A stretch of DNA of 64,000 bases from Podarcis melisellensis (taxonomy: Eukaryota), in assembly GCA_964234715.1 (NCBI GenBank), contig OZ174282.1; one strand, 5' to 3'. A program made the translations under genes and the position numbers. The notes beneath the pieces are model-generated. The model made no database searches, was not told the origin of the DNA, and saw nothing but the letters and a program-made list of their open reading frames with translations. The first letter of the stretch is position 1. Every line of letters begins with the position of its first letter. Positions 1 through 12,200 of the stretch are shown here, in pieces.

Positions 1-422
1 ACATTTCTTGTCCTTTAAATGCACCACCTCCCCCATTTCTCCCCCATAGCAGTAATTCAGACCTATGGGTAGGGGGAGAAGAAACCTCATTAAGAAGCTC
101 CCCCAAAAGAGGGCTCAATGAGGTCTCATTTCATCATAATGAGCTCCAATTGAACACGATCATTATTTCTGACATTAAAGTCCTCTGAATCATGTCACAC
201 GCCTGGGGGCTATTTTCTTCCTTGCCCTCTAATGCTAGAAATAACAAGCCACCGTTAAGGGACAGGGAATCTGTGGCAATAAAATTCCATCAAAATGGGA
301 ATTTTACTCCTGGCAGACTGGCTGCGATCCAGTCAAAGTTTGTTGAGGCAGGTGGTCTGTCCTCACTTTGTGTGGTTGGTCCCTGTCCCTCCCTCCCAAC
401 CTGTGAGGCCACTGGTGTGATA

Positions 423-425
<3 letters not shown>

Positions 426-469
<44 letters not shown>
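426..469. repeat. (CA)n microsatellite (copy at about 55524-55569 is one unit longer)
   Basis: Read directly. Confidence 0.95.
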
Positions 470-473
<4 letters not shown>

Positions 474-832
474 AACAAGGCTTCATTACCTTCCCATTGC
501 CAACATAGTGGTGATTAAGTAAGCTTACAACAGATTTGATTTGTTGTAAGCCAATTAGCTCCCTTGTTGTTAACCAATTAATCGGATGTCCAGAGTAAAC
601 ATTAAGCATCCGCTTCGACTGTCCCTGGAAAATCTCTGTGCCTCCTTTGTCCCTTGGAGAGATTCAGGGTTTGCCTTGTTAAAACGCCTGTCAATGTCCC
701 CTTCCTTAGGTTTCATTCCCCCCCCCCACTTTCTCTGGCTCTCTGGCAGGGGTGGGAGTCATCTGGCCGGATTCATCTCTTGACTAGAGTGCACAGGTAT
801 GTAAAGGCAGGTCCCAAATGCTGGCAAGTGGT

Positions 833-834
<2 letters not shown>

Positions 835-894
<60 letters not shown>

Positions 895-904
895 TCTCTC
901 TCTC
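835..904. repeat. (CT)n microsatellite (copy at about 55935-56002)
   Basis: Read directly. Confidence 0.95.
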
Positions 905-1221
905 CCCCTCCCACAATAACTGCCTATTCAGATAGCAAATGTAGCTAAACATGTTTGAGTTACAGAGTAAATGAACAGCAGAACATCAATAGATCTGCTT
1001 AGATAAGGGATTCTCAAACTGTGTTATAGTGAGCCTCATTCCCCAGAGATGCTCTTGCTAAAACAGGCTGCAGAGCAAGAAGAACCTCAGAGACGTTGCT
1101 CACGAGAGTGCAGGGATTTGGTGCTACATAAGCCAATGTTGTGGCACCATAGGTGGGTCCTGCTCTCCCATTTGGACCCAGAGAGATGAGCAGGGGATCA
1201 ATGCATTCCCTGCATATTAGA

Positions 1222-1270
1222 GCAGGGGTAGCCAATGTGCTGCCCTCCAGATGTTGTGGAACTGCCTCTG
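1222..1270. mobile_element. Partial hAT-type MITE end
   Basis: caggggtagccaatgtgctgccctccagatgttgtggaact resembles the left half of the intact 14206-14341 MITE. Confidence 0.45.
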
Positions 1271-1464
1271 CATAGAAGTCAAGTAACAATACAGAGTCCA
1301 CACCTGAACCCAAGAACTATGGCCCTTCTTTATACCATCAGTGACAGCCATCCTCCCTGCCAGTCCCTCACATGCTAAGTCATTTGGCTAAAATACTGGA
1401 AAGAACAAAAAATCTGTTGGATTGTTACAGATCTTTGCATACTACACTTCTTTCTTCAAGGGTC

Positions 1465-1530
1465 CACACACACAACCCTGTGAGGTAGGTTAGGCTGGGA
1501 GAGAGTGGCTGTCCTCCAGGGGTGCTTAAT
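1465..1530 (-). mobile_element. MIR/Squam3-like SINE core fragment
   Basis: cacaaccctgtgaggtaggttaggctgggagagag is the typical reverse-strand CORE-SINE motif. Confidence 0.5.
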
Positions 1531-1547
1531 GGGAGAATGATCATTTG

Positions 1548-1713
1548 GCCTGCATTCACGCTATACATTAAAAGCACATGCTTGCTCCCCAAATCCTGGG
1601 ACCTATTGTTTGTTAAGGGTGCTGGGAACTGTAGCTCCATGAGGGGTAAACTGCAGTTCCCAGGGTTCTTTGGGGGAATTCATGTGCTTAAAATGTATGG
1701 AATGTACACAGTC
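1548..1713. mobile_element. Palindromic MITE (non-autonomous DNA transposon), multicopy in this window
   Basis: Inverted arms (tatacattaaaagcacatg ... catgtgcttaaaatgtat) around the core aagggtgctgggaactgtagctc...aaactgcagttcccag. Homologues near 28074, 44661 and 54248. Confidence 0.75.
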
Positions 1714-3039
1714 TCAGAGGCACTCAGGCTCCTCGTCACCTTAAGCCCAGCCCTCCAGCCAGCCACTATTCCACACTGGCTCCCCAGGATGGCGGGTGCA
1801 ATGTATTCATTCTGTGGTTATCAACATCTCAGATCTAACAAAAAATGCAGCCGTGGTGCCATCTCAGACCTCCTATGAGAACCTGTCCAACTACCCCAGG
1901 CCCCAATTCTGCAGAGGTCCAGTCATGTCCTCCTCAGAATATGGCTGAGGCAGGCTCAGCATTTTGGCAAAACAGAGCAGGAAGCATCTCTGCTTATTAG
2001 ATGGAGTCTACCCCGTCACTGTCTCTCCCCCACCGTCCTCCGCCTTGCCTGCTATCTAACCTCTTCCGAATTATGTCAGCCGCTTTGATTTCATTGACTC
2101 TGAAATGCATTTTCATAAAGGTGCAAATGGGTTGATTAGTTTATTCAGGGGTATTGACAAGCTGTAACGTGCTGGAGCAGCGAGTCCATCTCCTGCCACG
2201 CTTGAGGAGGCAGTGGCTACCCCACTGAAGTGACATAAGCAGGAATCAAAAGTGCCCGACTCCCACCATGACTGAGTGAGGACACGTTCATTGCTCTGAC
2301 ATTGGCCGAAGGATGACTTTTGTAGGATTCTGCTCTCTGGATGTGGCTACCAGTAAGTGAGCTATCAATGGTGTGGGGGAAGGAGGAGTGGGAAGGAGGA
2401 GCCCTGGGATCAATCAGAGGAGAAGGAGGAGAAGTTTAGCTGGGCCCCCTCTCACCTGCCCATTCCATCACCAGCAGCCAGCCAACCAGTCCAGGATGCA
2501 TGTAGGATTTTAGATCTCAGCACCAGCACTGCACTGTCCCTCATCCATGGGAAACGGTGGGCAGCTCCCTGAGGCCCACAACCTTGGCAAAAGTTACAGG
2601 TTAGAAGGGAGCTAGAGGAGAAGTAAGTGGGGTGCCCCTACTGCATCAGAATCGGGGGAGTGCCCTTGATTTGGCTTTGACCTGGAAACCTCAGCAGGTG
2701 AGAGAGCAGTCTACTGCTGGCAGGGTGGCAGTGAAGGTTTATGGCCCAGCAGGGGACAAGGGGGGCACCTGATTTCACCACTCACCAGCTGGAGTGTGGA
2801 ACCACCTGTTTGCCATGCCACATTCTGGGTACAACCCAGAAAAGGAGTCCCCACCCACCCACCTACCCAGAGCCACAACCTTGCCTCATTCTGTGCCAGG
2901 GGCAGGAAGCGCAGCCTGACAAGTGCCCTCGAAAATCACAGCTCCATTTGCATATGCAAAACAACTTGTGACTGATTCCCTCCAGGGATGCTAAGTGGCA
3001 TCCATATGGCAGCAGGCGACTCCTGCCACATTCGGTATT

Positions 3040-3145
3040 AATCTCCCTCGTTTAGAGAGTGTTTTGTGATCATTATCTCATTAATCCCCCACAACATCCC
3101 TGCCAGGCAAGTAGGTCAGCTCCCTCCTGCCCACTTTACATGGGG
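3040..3145 (-). mobile_element. Old MIR-like SINE fragment
   Basis: cattatctcattaatcccccacaacatccctg...cccactttaca matches the reverse MIR core. Confidence 0.55.
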
Positions 3146-4644
3146 CGGTGGGGAGGAGGGAAGGAGGCAGAAGCCGCCGTGAGGGAACAATGACTCATGC
3201 CAGGGAAATCAGCCCACGGATGAATGAGCTGGACTTGGATTCCAGGCCTCTGCTCCACTGAGGCCCATTTGCAGTGGCTCTTGCCTTGGAGCAGACTGAA
3301 GATGGGCCAACACCACAGGGCAGGCAGATGGGGTGCCCTTCCAGATTGGGCTCAGGAAGAGTCTCTGCTTCTGGGGACCCTTCATCAGACTTGCCACCTG
3401 TGTGAGGGTGAGCACCTGTCCACCTCTTGCATGCTTCCGCCCTTTGCTTTCCACACGTGCGTTCCTTGTGCAAGTCCTCAGGAAACAGGCTATGTGTGTG
3501 TGCATGTGCATGTGATTGATTGATTATGGGGGCATGCCAAGTGCTGAATGAGCCTTTCCAGAGAAAGGGGCCAATTGCTATCTTTCCCTCTAATTGGTGT
3601 GTTTGTGTGGAGTGAGCAGGCAGCTCAGGCAGAAGAGGCTGCAGACGGGGGGTGGGGGTGGGCTGCAGTTCTGCTGCCTGAGTTGGAGAGAAATGGTTAG
3701 TAACTCAGGCTGGTCCCTCAGGGGTTCATTAAGTGACTGGTCATCCACTATATCCTGTCACTTCTGACCTGGAAACATAAACACGAAGGAGGCCAGCTTT
3801 GCAATATGCATGTGCCTCTCCTCCCTCTGCTCGGCCCACAGTGTGGCTCCTAACAATGGGTGCACAGCATCAAAACCACATGCAAGGAATCATGGGTGGT
3901 GCTCTCCTGGCTCCCAGAGTTACTGCTGCACACCCTTTTCTGAGAACAGCCTCTTTGCTTTTCCACCAAAGGTGCCATGGTGAAGAGGCAGGGAGCAGGT
4001 GGAAGAGGGAAAGAAGCAAAGGCCACAGAGATGCTCTTCCAGAAGTCTGTGGCATCAATCAAGAGGGTCTCCCCCAGGGGGACCTAAGGGCCCGAGTCTG
4101 CCGTATGGGGCTGCCCCCTGGACACACACAGCTTGAACCAGAGATGTTGCTCAAAGGACATCTCCAACAGGCACTTGCTGAACATAATCCCTGTGCTAGA
4201 GTATTTGCTAATCCCAGTGGGAAATCTGAGTTCTTCATCCCGCCTGCAGATTATACAGGATGGGAACCCCTTCTGAAATTACACTTGTGCCTGCTTGTGT
4301 TTTGTGCCCATGACTGGCTGATCCTGAACACAGCAGCAACAACACAGCATGGCTGACCATGCTCTTGGGCTCAGTTTCAGCTACACTCTCTTAGGACTCC
4401 CTGTTTGGTCTGTTAAAAACAGCAACAGGTTGAGAGGGATTACCGTATTTGTCAACTTACTCTACCCCCACCCCACTCTGCCCCACCCCGTCGCCACTCC
4501 CAGAGTTAAACGGTGCCTCTTCCCTTTCCGCCTCAGCTCTCTAGATCTTTTGTCAAGGACCTTAGAGCTAAGTTGCTCTGTGTTCCAGCCCTCTGGGAGT
4601 TCATTTTGCAGCTTCTAGATCCAGCAGGCCTGATCTGGCCAGAT

Positions 4645-4850
4645 CAGAGTTTTCCAAACCGTGTGTTGTGACACGTTAGTATGTCAGCTGCGGTGTGTAG
4701 GTGTGTTGCGCGAACACTCCCCGCACTCCTCTCAGAGCTGGAAAGGGTTAGTTTAACCTCCATGTTTGCCAGTAAAACTGAATTGCTGTGTTGCAAAATG
4801 ATGCATGTCTAAAAAGTGTGTCACCAACATGAAAAGTTTGAAAAGCTCTG
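4645..4850. mobile_element. 206-bp non-autonomous hAT transposon
   Basis: TIRs cagagttttccaaac / gtttgaaaagctctg. Perfect 8-bp TSD ggccagat at 4637-4644 and 4851-4858. Confidence 0.9.
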
Positions 4851-5596
4851 GGCCAGATAGCTGTTTTTTGGGTGCGCAGTGGGGCTCTTGATGCAGCTGC
4901 CCTGCAGGAATCCTATCCCCCACCCCTATTGCTCAGATATTTGCGGACATCCCTCTGGTTGGCATCCCTTCAATATTTACAGTTACCTTGCCCTCCCTGC
5001 AGTTGTCTCTCTGCCAAGCTATGCGTATTTAGCTCCTTTAATCTTTTCTCATAAATCAATCTCTTCGGCCTCTTAATCCCCTTTGTTGCTGTCCTCTAAT
5101 CTCCCTCTTTGTTTATCAATATCTCTCTGGGACTGAGGAGACCACATCTCAACTCAGGAGGAGACTTGGAAAGCATGGCTCCTGCACAGGGGCTCTGCCC
5201 TTTGCCCAGGAACCTAGTGAGGAAGCCTTGACATGAGCTGCTCAATGCTGCACTGCCCCATCCCTCCACGTGGGAAATCTGGATTGGCTATCTCACCTAA
5301 GAGGGAGCTCTGTCTGGAGCCACAGAAGGCAGAGGGTCTCCCCTCTGATCTCTTTAGGACCACTGGCTCCTCAGGCCTTTGACCTTAGGATCCATCATCC
5401 AGTTGTCACCAGAGCCAACCGGCATAAACTGTGTACAGCCCATTTTACAGCAGGTCTTGTAACAAAGAGAAAACAACCCAAGAGGTGTGGCCTCTTGATG
5501 AGCAAAACATATTTTCAGTCCATGCTCAGATAAGTGATTTCTTACCCAATAATATTGCCGGCCTTCTCCCTACTCAAGAACTGCTTTAAAAAGGGG

Positions 5597-5598
<2 letters not shown>

Positions 5599-5657
<59 letters not shown>
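5599..5657. repeat. (GA)n microsatellite (copy at about 60692-60751)
   Basis: Read directly. Confidence 0.95.
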
Positions 5658-8077
5658 TGGGTTAAGCTGCCTTTAATCTTTAATTCATGCCCACAGATGC
5701 TCTGCAGCACATGCAGCAGCGGAATGGGAACGGCACTCCCAAGTTGGCGGGTTGTAGAGACTCTTGCCAGACCTTCCCTTTCAAAGCCGCACAGCCTGGG
5801 GAATGGTACAAATGGCCTTCCATTGCCCTCTTCATTGCTCTTTGTGGCAAAAAAATTGCATTGCTTTTATCCAGCCCCGCACTGCCAGCCCCAGAGGCTT
5901 TGAGAAAACAAAAAACAGCTGAGTAAAATGCCCCCTTCTCTCCCAGAAGGCGGGTGGGTGGGAAGCTTCCTCCAAGGAAAAAGGGCTGAAGGAGGGCAGG
6001 CGCTCAGGCTGTAAAAGCCAGTAAGTGTAGCATTTTTTTCTGCATGGATAGCAGAATTTGGCCGAGGCTGACAATGTGCTTGCTCTTTCCAAGCTCCCAC
6101 AGGCTCTGGCTGCATTAAGCTGTGCTTGGCCAGAATGAAAGCCAAGCAAAGAGGCAACTATTGTTGTACCTGGCATCTAAGTGGATGCAAAGGGAAGACA
6201 ATCCCACTGCACAATTGAAAGAAGGGCCAAATGAATGTAGGAGGGGTGACTAGCAGCCTTCCAAACAGATTCATTAGCATCTCACAGAAGACAGCGAAGG
6301 CTACTCTGGGAAACGAACATACAACCACAGGCTAATGTTACAGCAGACTCTGAAGCACCAGGGCGGGGGGCCGATCAGATCCAGATCCTTAAAAATAAGT
6401 GAGGCAGTGCATAATCAGAGACAGGGAACCCATGATATGAGCAGAAAGGCAGAAAGTGGGGGAGGAAGTAAAGGAAAACAGACAGGGAGCCATCAATAGA
6501 TTCAGTGTCCATCCTTCCATCCATCTGCCTGTGTCCTTTCGAAAGTAAAAGAGAACAGGTCCCTGCCTCTGTGTATTAAGCCATGAGGGTGCAGGGAGGT
6601 AGCAGAAGTCTTGTGCAAAGGATGAATAAAAACTCTCTCCTCCAACACAACTTCTGGCAAAAAAGTGATGTTATTATTTATTTTGTTTACTTAAGATTCT
6701 TCTATCTTGCTCTTCCTCCAACCTGGAACTCAGGGCAGGTAAAGAACCAAGAACAAGAAGCCGAAATAAGGCATCGTTTAAGTGCAACTTGCTAACTAGG
6801 CAAGCAAAGTAGAACTTTATTGGGCAAATTGTTAAAGGTATAAAAATGAGCAAAGATTGGGAATTCAAACTAGAGTATTTTTTGCATATTTGCATTTAAT
6901 GTGCAAAAATGAAGGTAGCAAACTGCTGTGGGGACTGAAGATAGCAGGTGTGGAGGAGTTGAAATTATGGTCCTGTTGAAATTGTTCCTCAGAGGCTGTG
7001 ATTTGCATTGGGAGGAAATTCCCCACTGGTGCAAATGGTAGCTTCTGGAGAGTGATTATCAACAGGACTTTGACACAGACACCTCAAATATTTGGTTTCA
7101 TCTAATGCTGTTTTCAAAGCTTTTGAGATTACTTTTTATCACTTTCTAGGGTGGGTAAAGTTGAGCAAGAAATACAAACTATTTTCATATTTAGGCACAG
7201 GTTATAACATTTTTGGAAGTCAACAGAAAGGGACATACCTAAAGGTGAGGATTGGTGTGTGTGTGTGTTTAATTTCTGTGTTTTACAGAAATTATCCCAG
7301 CTGCTTCAGGCCAAAAACATCATTCTGCATTTGGTGGCCAAACACATCATTATGGGAGGACATAGCAGCCCATCTGGGCTCCTGTTGCCTACTCAAAGCA
7401 CTAAAAGGCTCTCACAACTGAGGCAGCCATGCACCAATCTTGACCCTGGAGTCATCCTCTTCAAGGAATGAAGCTAAGGAGCTGGAGTTTGAGAGGGAAC
7501 TGCGCTCAGGCCAGTCCCAGATGTATGTAACTAACAGGAACCACTTGTGCAAGAGGAGCCCATTGTGCCAGTACCTCTCTGTCCAAAGGACATCACATTT
7601 CCCTCCTCTGACTCAGAGGGTTCCAGTTCAGGAGCCATGGTTGGGCCACTGTCTCCTTTGCTCCATCAGAGTCAAAGCAGGTTGAAACCCTTTAAATGAA
7701 GAGGTTCCTCTCACCGCTGAGCTAGCAACTGAGATAGAGCTGTTGCTCATATTTAAGGGCCAGCTTCTGGGTTACGGGTGCTGAAACAACATTCGAGCTT
7801 TGCTCATGTGGAGTCTCCCGCCTGAGCCTCACATGGAGCTGTCCAGGGTACTGATGAGGTTTGCCTCACAGCTGAAACCATCACTTAAAACAGAACTGCA
7901 GCCATATTTTCCCTTGGTGTTTCAGCCCTAGTGGTCTTCTTCCTTTGCAGGGTTGGGGAATACTGAAGCTCAAAACACATCTAATGGTTCCTACACATTT
8001 CCCTTTATGCTTCATTTGGGTTCAAGAGAATGGAGCAATTCAGTAGCAACAAGTTGGATGCCAAGAATGACAAATGC

Positions 8078-8111
<34 letters not shown>

Positions 8112-8119
8112 TGGTAGGA

Positions 8120-8308
8120 GGGGAATGACATGAGACTGGTGGTAGAGCATCTGCTCTGCATGCCGAAGGTCCCAGGTTTAATCCCTGGCATTTCCAGCTA
8201 CACCTGGGAAAGACTCCATGTCTGAAATCCCAGAGAGTCACTGCTACTAGTCAGTGAGCTAGATGGCTCAATGGTCCATCTTGGTATAAGGCAGCTTCCT
8301 ATGTTCCT
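8120..8308 (+). mobile_element. tRNA-derived squamate SINE (possibly Squam2-type), preceded by (GA)n at about 8085-8110
   Basis: tRNA-like head tggtagagcatctgctctgcatg...aggtcccaggtttaatccctggcat with A/B boxes, and tail aaggcagcttcctatgttcct. Homologues at 41836, 22323 (-) and 50725 (-). Confidence 0.85.
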
Positions 8309-8904
8309 GTGGGACAAGTTTGTCTTTTACCATGAGTAAGGCTGAGTGGATAAGTCTGGCATTGTGCGCAGAGATGCAAAGGGGTTGACATTTGCCGTAT
8401 TAATTAAATGTTTAGAATTTACAAGCAAAGGAGAGCCAAGCCTGGCGTTCTGTTTGAATAGTTACTTTATTAGTTTTGAGTTAAGCATGTGCAGGACTGA
8501 GTTCTGTATTTTAAAATAAGCTATGCAAGAGGTTGGGTGTCAGAATTAAAAGTTTAAAATTTGCCAGCATATGTTTTATTAAAGACTGACCCACTACTGA
8601 CTTCATCTTTAGGATCCTCTAACTTGCAGAGGATTCGGACCAAAACACCAAAGAAACTCCATGGGGACACAGAAGCTGCTGCAAGTGAAACACAAACATC
8701 TATACTATAGAGTACAGCATCTTTACCGTTTACATGTCACACAAGTTAAGGTGAGAGCCTTACTTATTGGTGCACAAGTGAATTTGTAAGCTCCTTAACT
8801 CTTTTTTAAAAAACTGAAATGTATATATTTCAGTCCTAGAATGTCTTCATTGTTTTTAATGAAAGCAAATTTGCTAAATTACACGAGCCAGTTCAATGGG
8901 AAAA

Positions 8905-8968
8905 ATACTATACTATACTATACTATACTATACTATACTATACTATACTATACTATACTATACTATAC
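8905..8968. repeat. (TATAC)n pentanucleotide microsatellite
   Basis: About 12 perfect units read directly. Confidence 0.95.
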
Positions 8969-9231
8969 ACACCAGCAGCAAAACCATCTATCTTACTCTC
9001 ACATAGGCACACACAGCAGCACTTCTTTCTCTTTAACATACCACAGGCACACAGAGCACCCTTCCTCACAAACACATCCATGTTTCTCCCTCTTGCTCTC
9101 TGTCACAAGTATGTGCTCCTAGTGTGCTCATCCTCTGCTTCCACTGGTGTTCACTAGTTGAAGGATAACAATATGCAGAGATCCATCTTCTTCCAGTCCC
9201 CTGGACTAGATCACAAATTCTCTCTCTCACT

Positions 9232-9265
<34 letters not shown>
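9232..9265. repeat. (GA)n microsatellite
   Basis: Read directly. Confidence 0.9.
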
Positions 9266-9269
<4 letters not shown>

Positions 9270-12200
9270 AAAAGCCATAGTCTTGCTCTGCCACAACTTA
9301 CTTGCTGGGTGTGTCAGCTTTTAACTACCTTGTAAATGCCGCCCTATCCTGCCAATCCACCTGCATCCAGGTTTTTTTTCATTTCCAACTAATCTCTTGC
9401 TTTGCGTCTTTTCCTACCTGCTATTATTCCAAATCACCCACTGTACAACTGGAAAAACAAACCTGCTTGCGTGTCTTACATGCATAACTGTTAATTTACC
9501 TAATTAAATGTAATCTTGTTAAACTGTGTGTATCTTTGGAGCAGGAAATCAACTGACAACCAGGGTCAAAATTGAAAGCAACAGTGTGAGTCAAGTCCCT
9601 GAATCTCCCATGATGGGAAATTAAGTGCAGCTTTCAAACAGCCTCCTGATTAGCTATTTATCTTAAGCCATTTTAGGTAGAAACTGATACTGTAACAAGA
9701 GGTAAATTATTTTACAAGAAGTTTTTCCCCTTTCTTTCTAAAGAAGTGCAGTGCCTCATTCAAACCGTTTGTTTCTCTGCTTGTTTAGGATAAGTGAAAG
9801 ATGCTGACAAGCCCAGTTAAGCTACAGCCACGTTCTTTGGACTGAGCAAGTCACAGACCGGGGTTCTTTGCTTCTGCGTTGTCTTGGTCAGACAGAGAGC
9901 TTCTTACAAGCATCATCTAAATACCCCTGTTGTTGTGATATACATTGAAAAGTCAGCATGAAACATTCCATGCCAATAAAAATCAACAGAGAGAAAAAGA
10001 GAAGAAGTCCTTGGCCTGAGAGCTTAAATAAATTACCATCTTTGTAATTCTGTAATAAATCCCTCAGTTGGGCTATAATGATTTAGTGTTTGCTGATTTG
10101 GCACAAAGATAAATGTCTGGTGTTGCTTAATGGATAAAGTGTTGCCTTTTCACCTTCCTGACCCTGTTTCAGCCTCTGCTCCAAGGACTCCCCTCAGCTC
10201 TTGATGGACAGCAGCAGCAGCAGAGGAGCTGGAGAAATGGCCTCTGAGAGGCACCCGCTCCAGAGTCAGGAAAGGGGCAGAGGGTGGGTGAGTGTGTGGA
10301 CATTAATGGAATGGAGGCCCATCTTTCACACCTTGTAGAAGGAAGTCCAGACTTCTTGCCAGCATTGTGCCTGTCAGGGCTTTGAGCTTCAAAGGCAGAA
10401 AGTTAAGCACTCCACAGGCAGCTGCTGCAAAGCAGCTTCTTCCCTCCCAAAAGGACACCCACAGAGTTAGGGAAAGATATCAAGTTCCTCCTAGGTGCCA
10501 GCTTCAGGTTTTTAATGGAGACGGGCACCAGCACCAGAATGGGGCTGAAATAAATCTTTCCACTTCCCTGACATTCTGCTCTGATTTCTAGGCACCAGGT
10601 TATCTGTTGCCTGAATTTTCCCCAAACTGGGAGGCACCTGTTCAGAAAAGGCAGCCCAATTCTTTCCCGGGGGGGGGGGTGTCCCCACATGTCACTTGGG
10701 ATACAAACTGTCTATTTTTTAGCATCAGGAGGAGATTGCACAAGGAAGGAAAACCCAGACGGGTTCCGGGAATAAAAGTTTCTCTTGCTTTATTCAATTA
10801 GGCAGGAATGGGAGGAATATTTTTCAGGGGACACACATTCTCTTTTGCGCAATATGCTGAGGGCGCATTTTGGCTGCTGTGAGATGTGCTGCTTATATCT
10901 CTTTACTGTTTTTCATCTACGTTGCTCTAATCTCCTTAAAGAGGAAAAAGTGGGGTATAAATTATTTTAAAACAAATACAAAAATAAAACAATGCAACCA
11001 GATGTTGACTCTGTGGGAGATGGTTGTCAGTGATTAATGAATCACTAGGGATGCTGCTAATCATTGCATGCTCATTTCTCATTAGAAACTCTTCCTATAA
11101 GGTGTGAAGATTCTCTAATCCTTGAATTCTTTGGACAAAGGGACACATTCTCCTTTGATGAGAGGAAATGAATGTGGTTGTTTCCCATGATACAGGTTAA
11201 GAGAATGCTCAGTTTGCAATCAGATGAAATCTCTTAGTTAAAGCTGGTCATCTGGATTACAGAAATGCCTTTTGGGGATTGCTTTCTAGGTGCAAAGAGC
11301 AACACATCTTTAAGTCAAAGCCCTTTGTGCAGGCTGCTCTATGGTGCACCTCCAGATAAGGAGACAGCATCCCCGCCAGGCCTCCCTAGACTGCCCCACA
11401 GGGGGCTCCTCTGGCCCATTTGCTCCAGTGGCCTTCCCTTTCCAGCCGTTAGTTAGCATTAACGGGAGAGGACAGCAAACCCCCAAAGGCTGTGTCAAAA
11501 ACGGGGAAGAGAGTCATTCAATAGAGCACAGAAAAGACCTAAATTGGAGGTCAGGAAAGCCGGTCAAAAGCCGGGTAGGAAGGAGGGTAGGTTTGCTTTG
11601 TCCTGCCGCCATTGGGAGCAATGCAGCCAGAGATCTCTCCAGCCCTGGGGGAATGGGGGCTATTGTCTTCAGCTGCCCATAGATGTAAGCTCCATATGCC
11701 CAGAGCCCTCCCCCTTTCCTGACCCCAACAAGGTCAGAGGCACAGACATTGGTCTTGAACTCTCCGTCTGTTTCCCCACTTTCTTTCTGCCATATTAATT
11801 ACGGCTCCTCTCTATCAAATGCATCCTCCCCCCTGGCATTCACGTGCATTAAGAAGGGCAAGCTGCTTGTTCTGGCTGCCTGATCCCTCTTCCCCCACAG
11901 AAAGGCAGGCTGAGTGGAGGACAGCCTAGAGATGCTTTTCTCCATGGGCTAAAAACAACACTTGCTCTGATCTCCAAAGTGCTGCAGGGATCAGCAGGCA
12001 AGGGAGGTGGAGAAGGCAGGGTGATGCCACACTGAGGGGCGTAGATGCACAGATTATTGTGGAAAATCCAGCAGAGATTCTCACTGGCTGGGAGATCTCT
12101 TGTTGCCAGTGTTTCCTGGAGCTGCTCCTTCTCCAAACACTGCAGAGCATTTCACGTTGGATCACTGCAAGTTTTGATGAGGGTTGAGGAAGGCCCCCCC

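Larger units (their letters stand above)
1..8906 (+). repeat. Long direct repeat, copy A (matches 55099-64000)
   Basis: Position 1 (acatttcttg) = 55099; window end (gggaaaaat) = 8906. Paired ORF translations are identical except at simple-repeat indels. The offset drifts 55098, 55100, 55097, 55092, 55094. Confidence 0.98.

Noticed and set aside
3799-4356. 185-aa ORF (and copy at 58891-59448)
   Set aside because: No recognisable motif. Its recurrence only reflects the duplication.
8120-8200. tRNA-like sequence
   Set aside because: It is the degenerate head of a SINE, with body and tail attached, not a tRNA gene.
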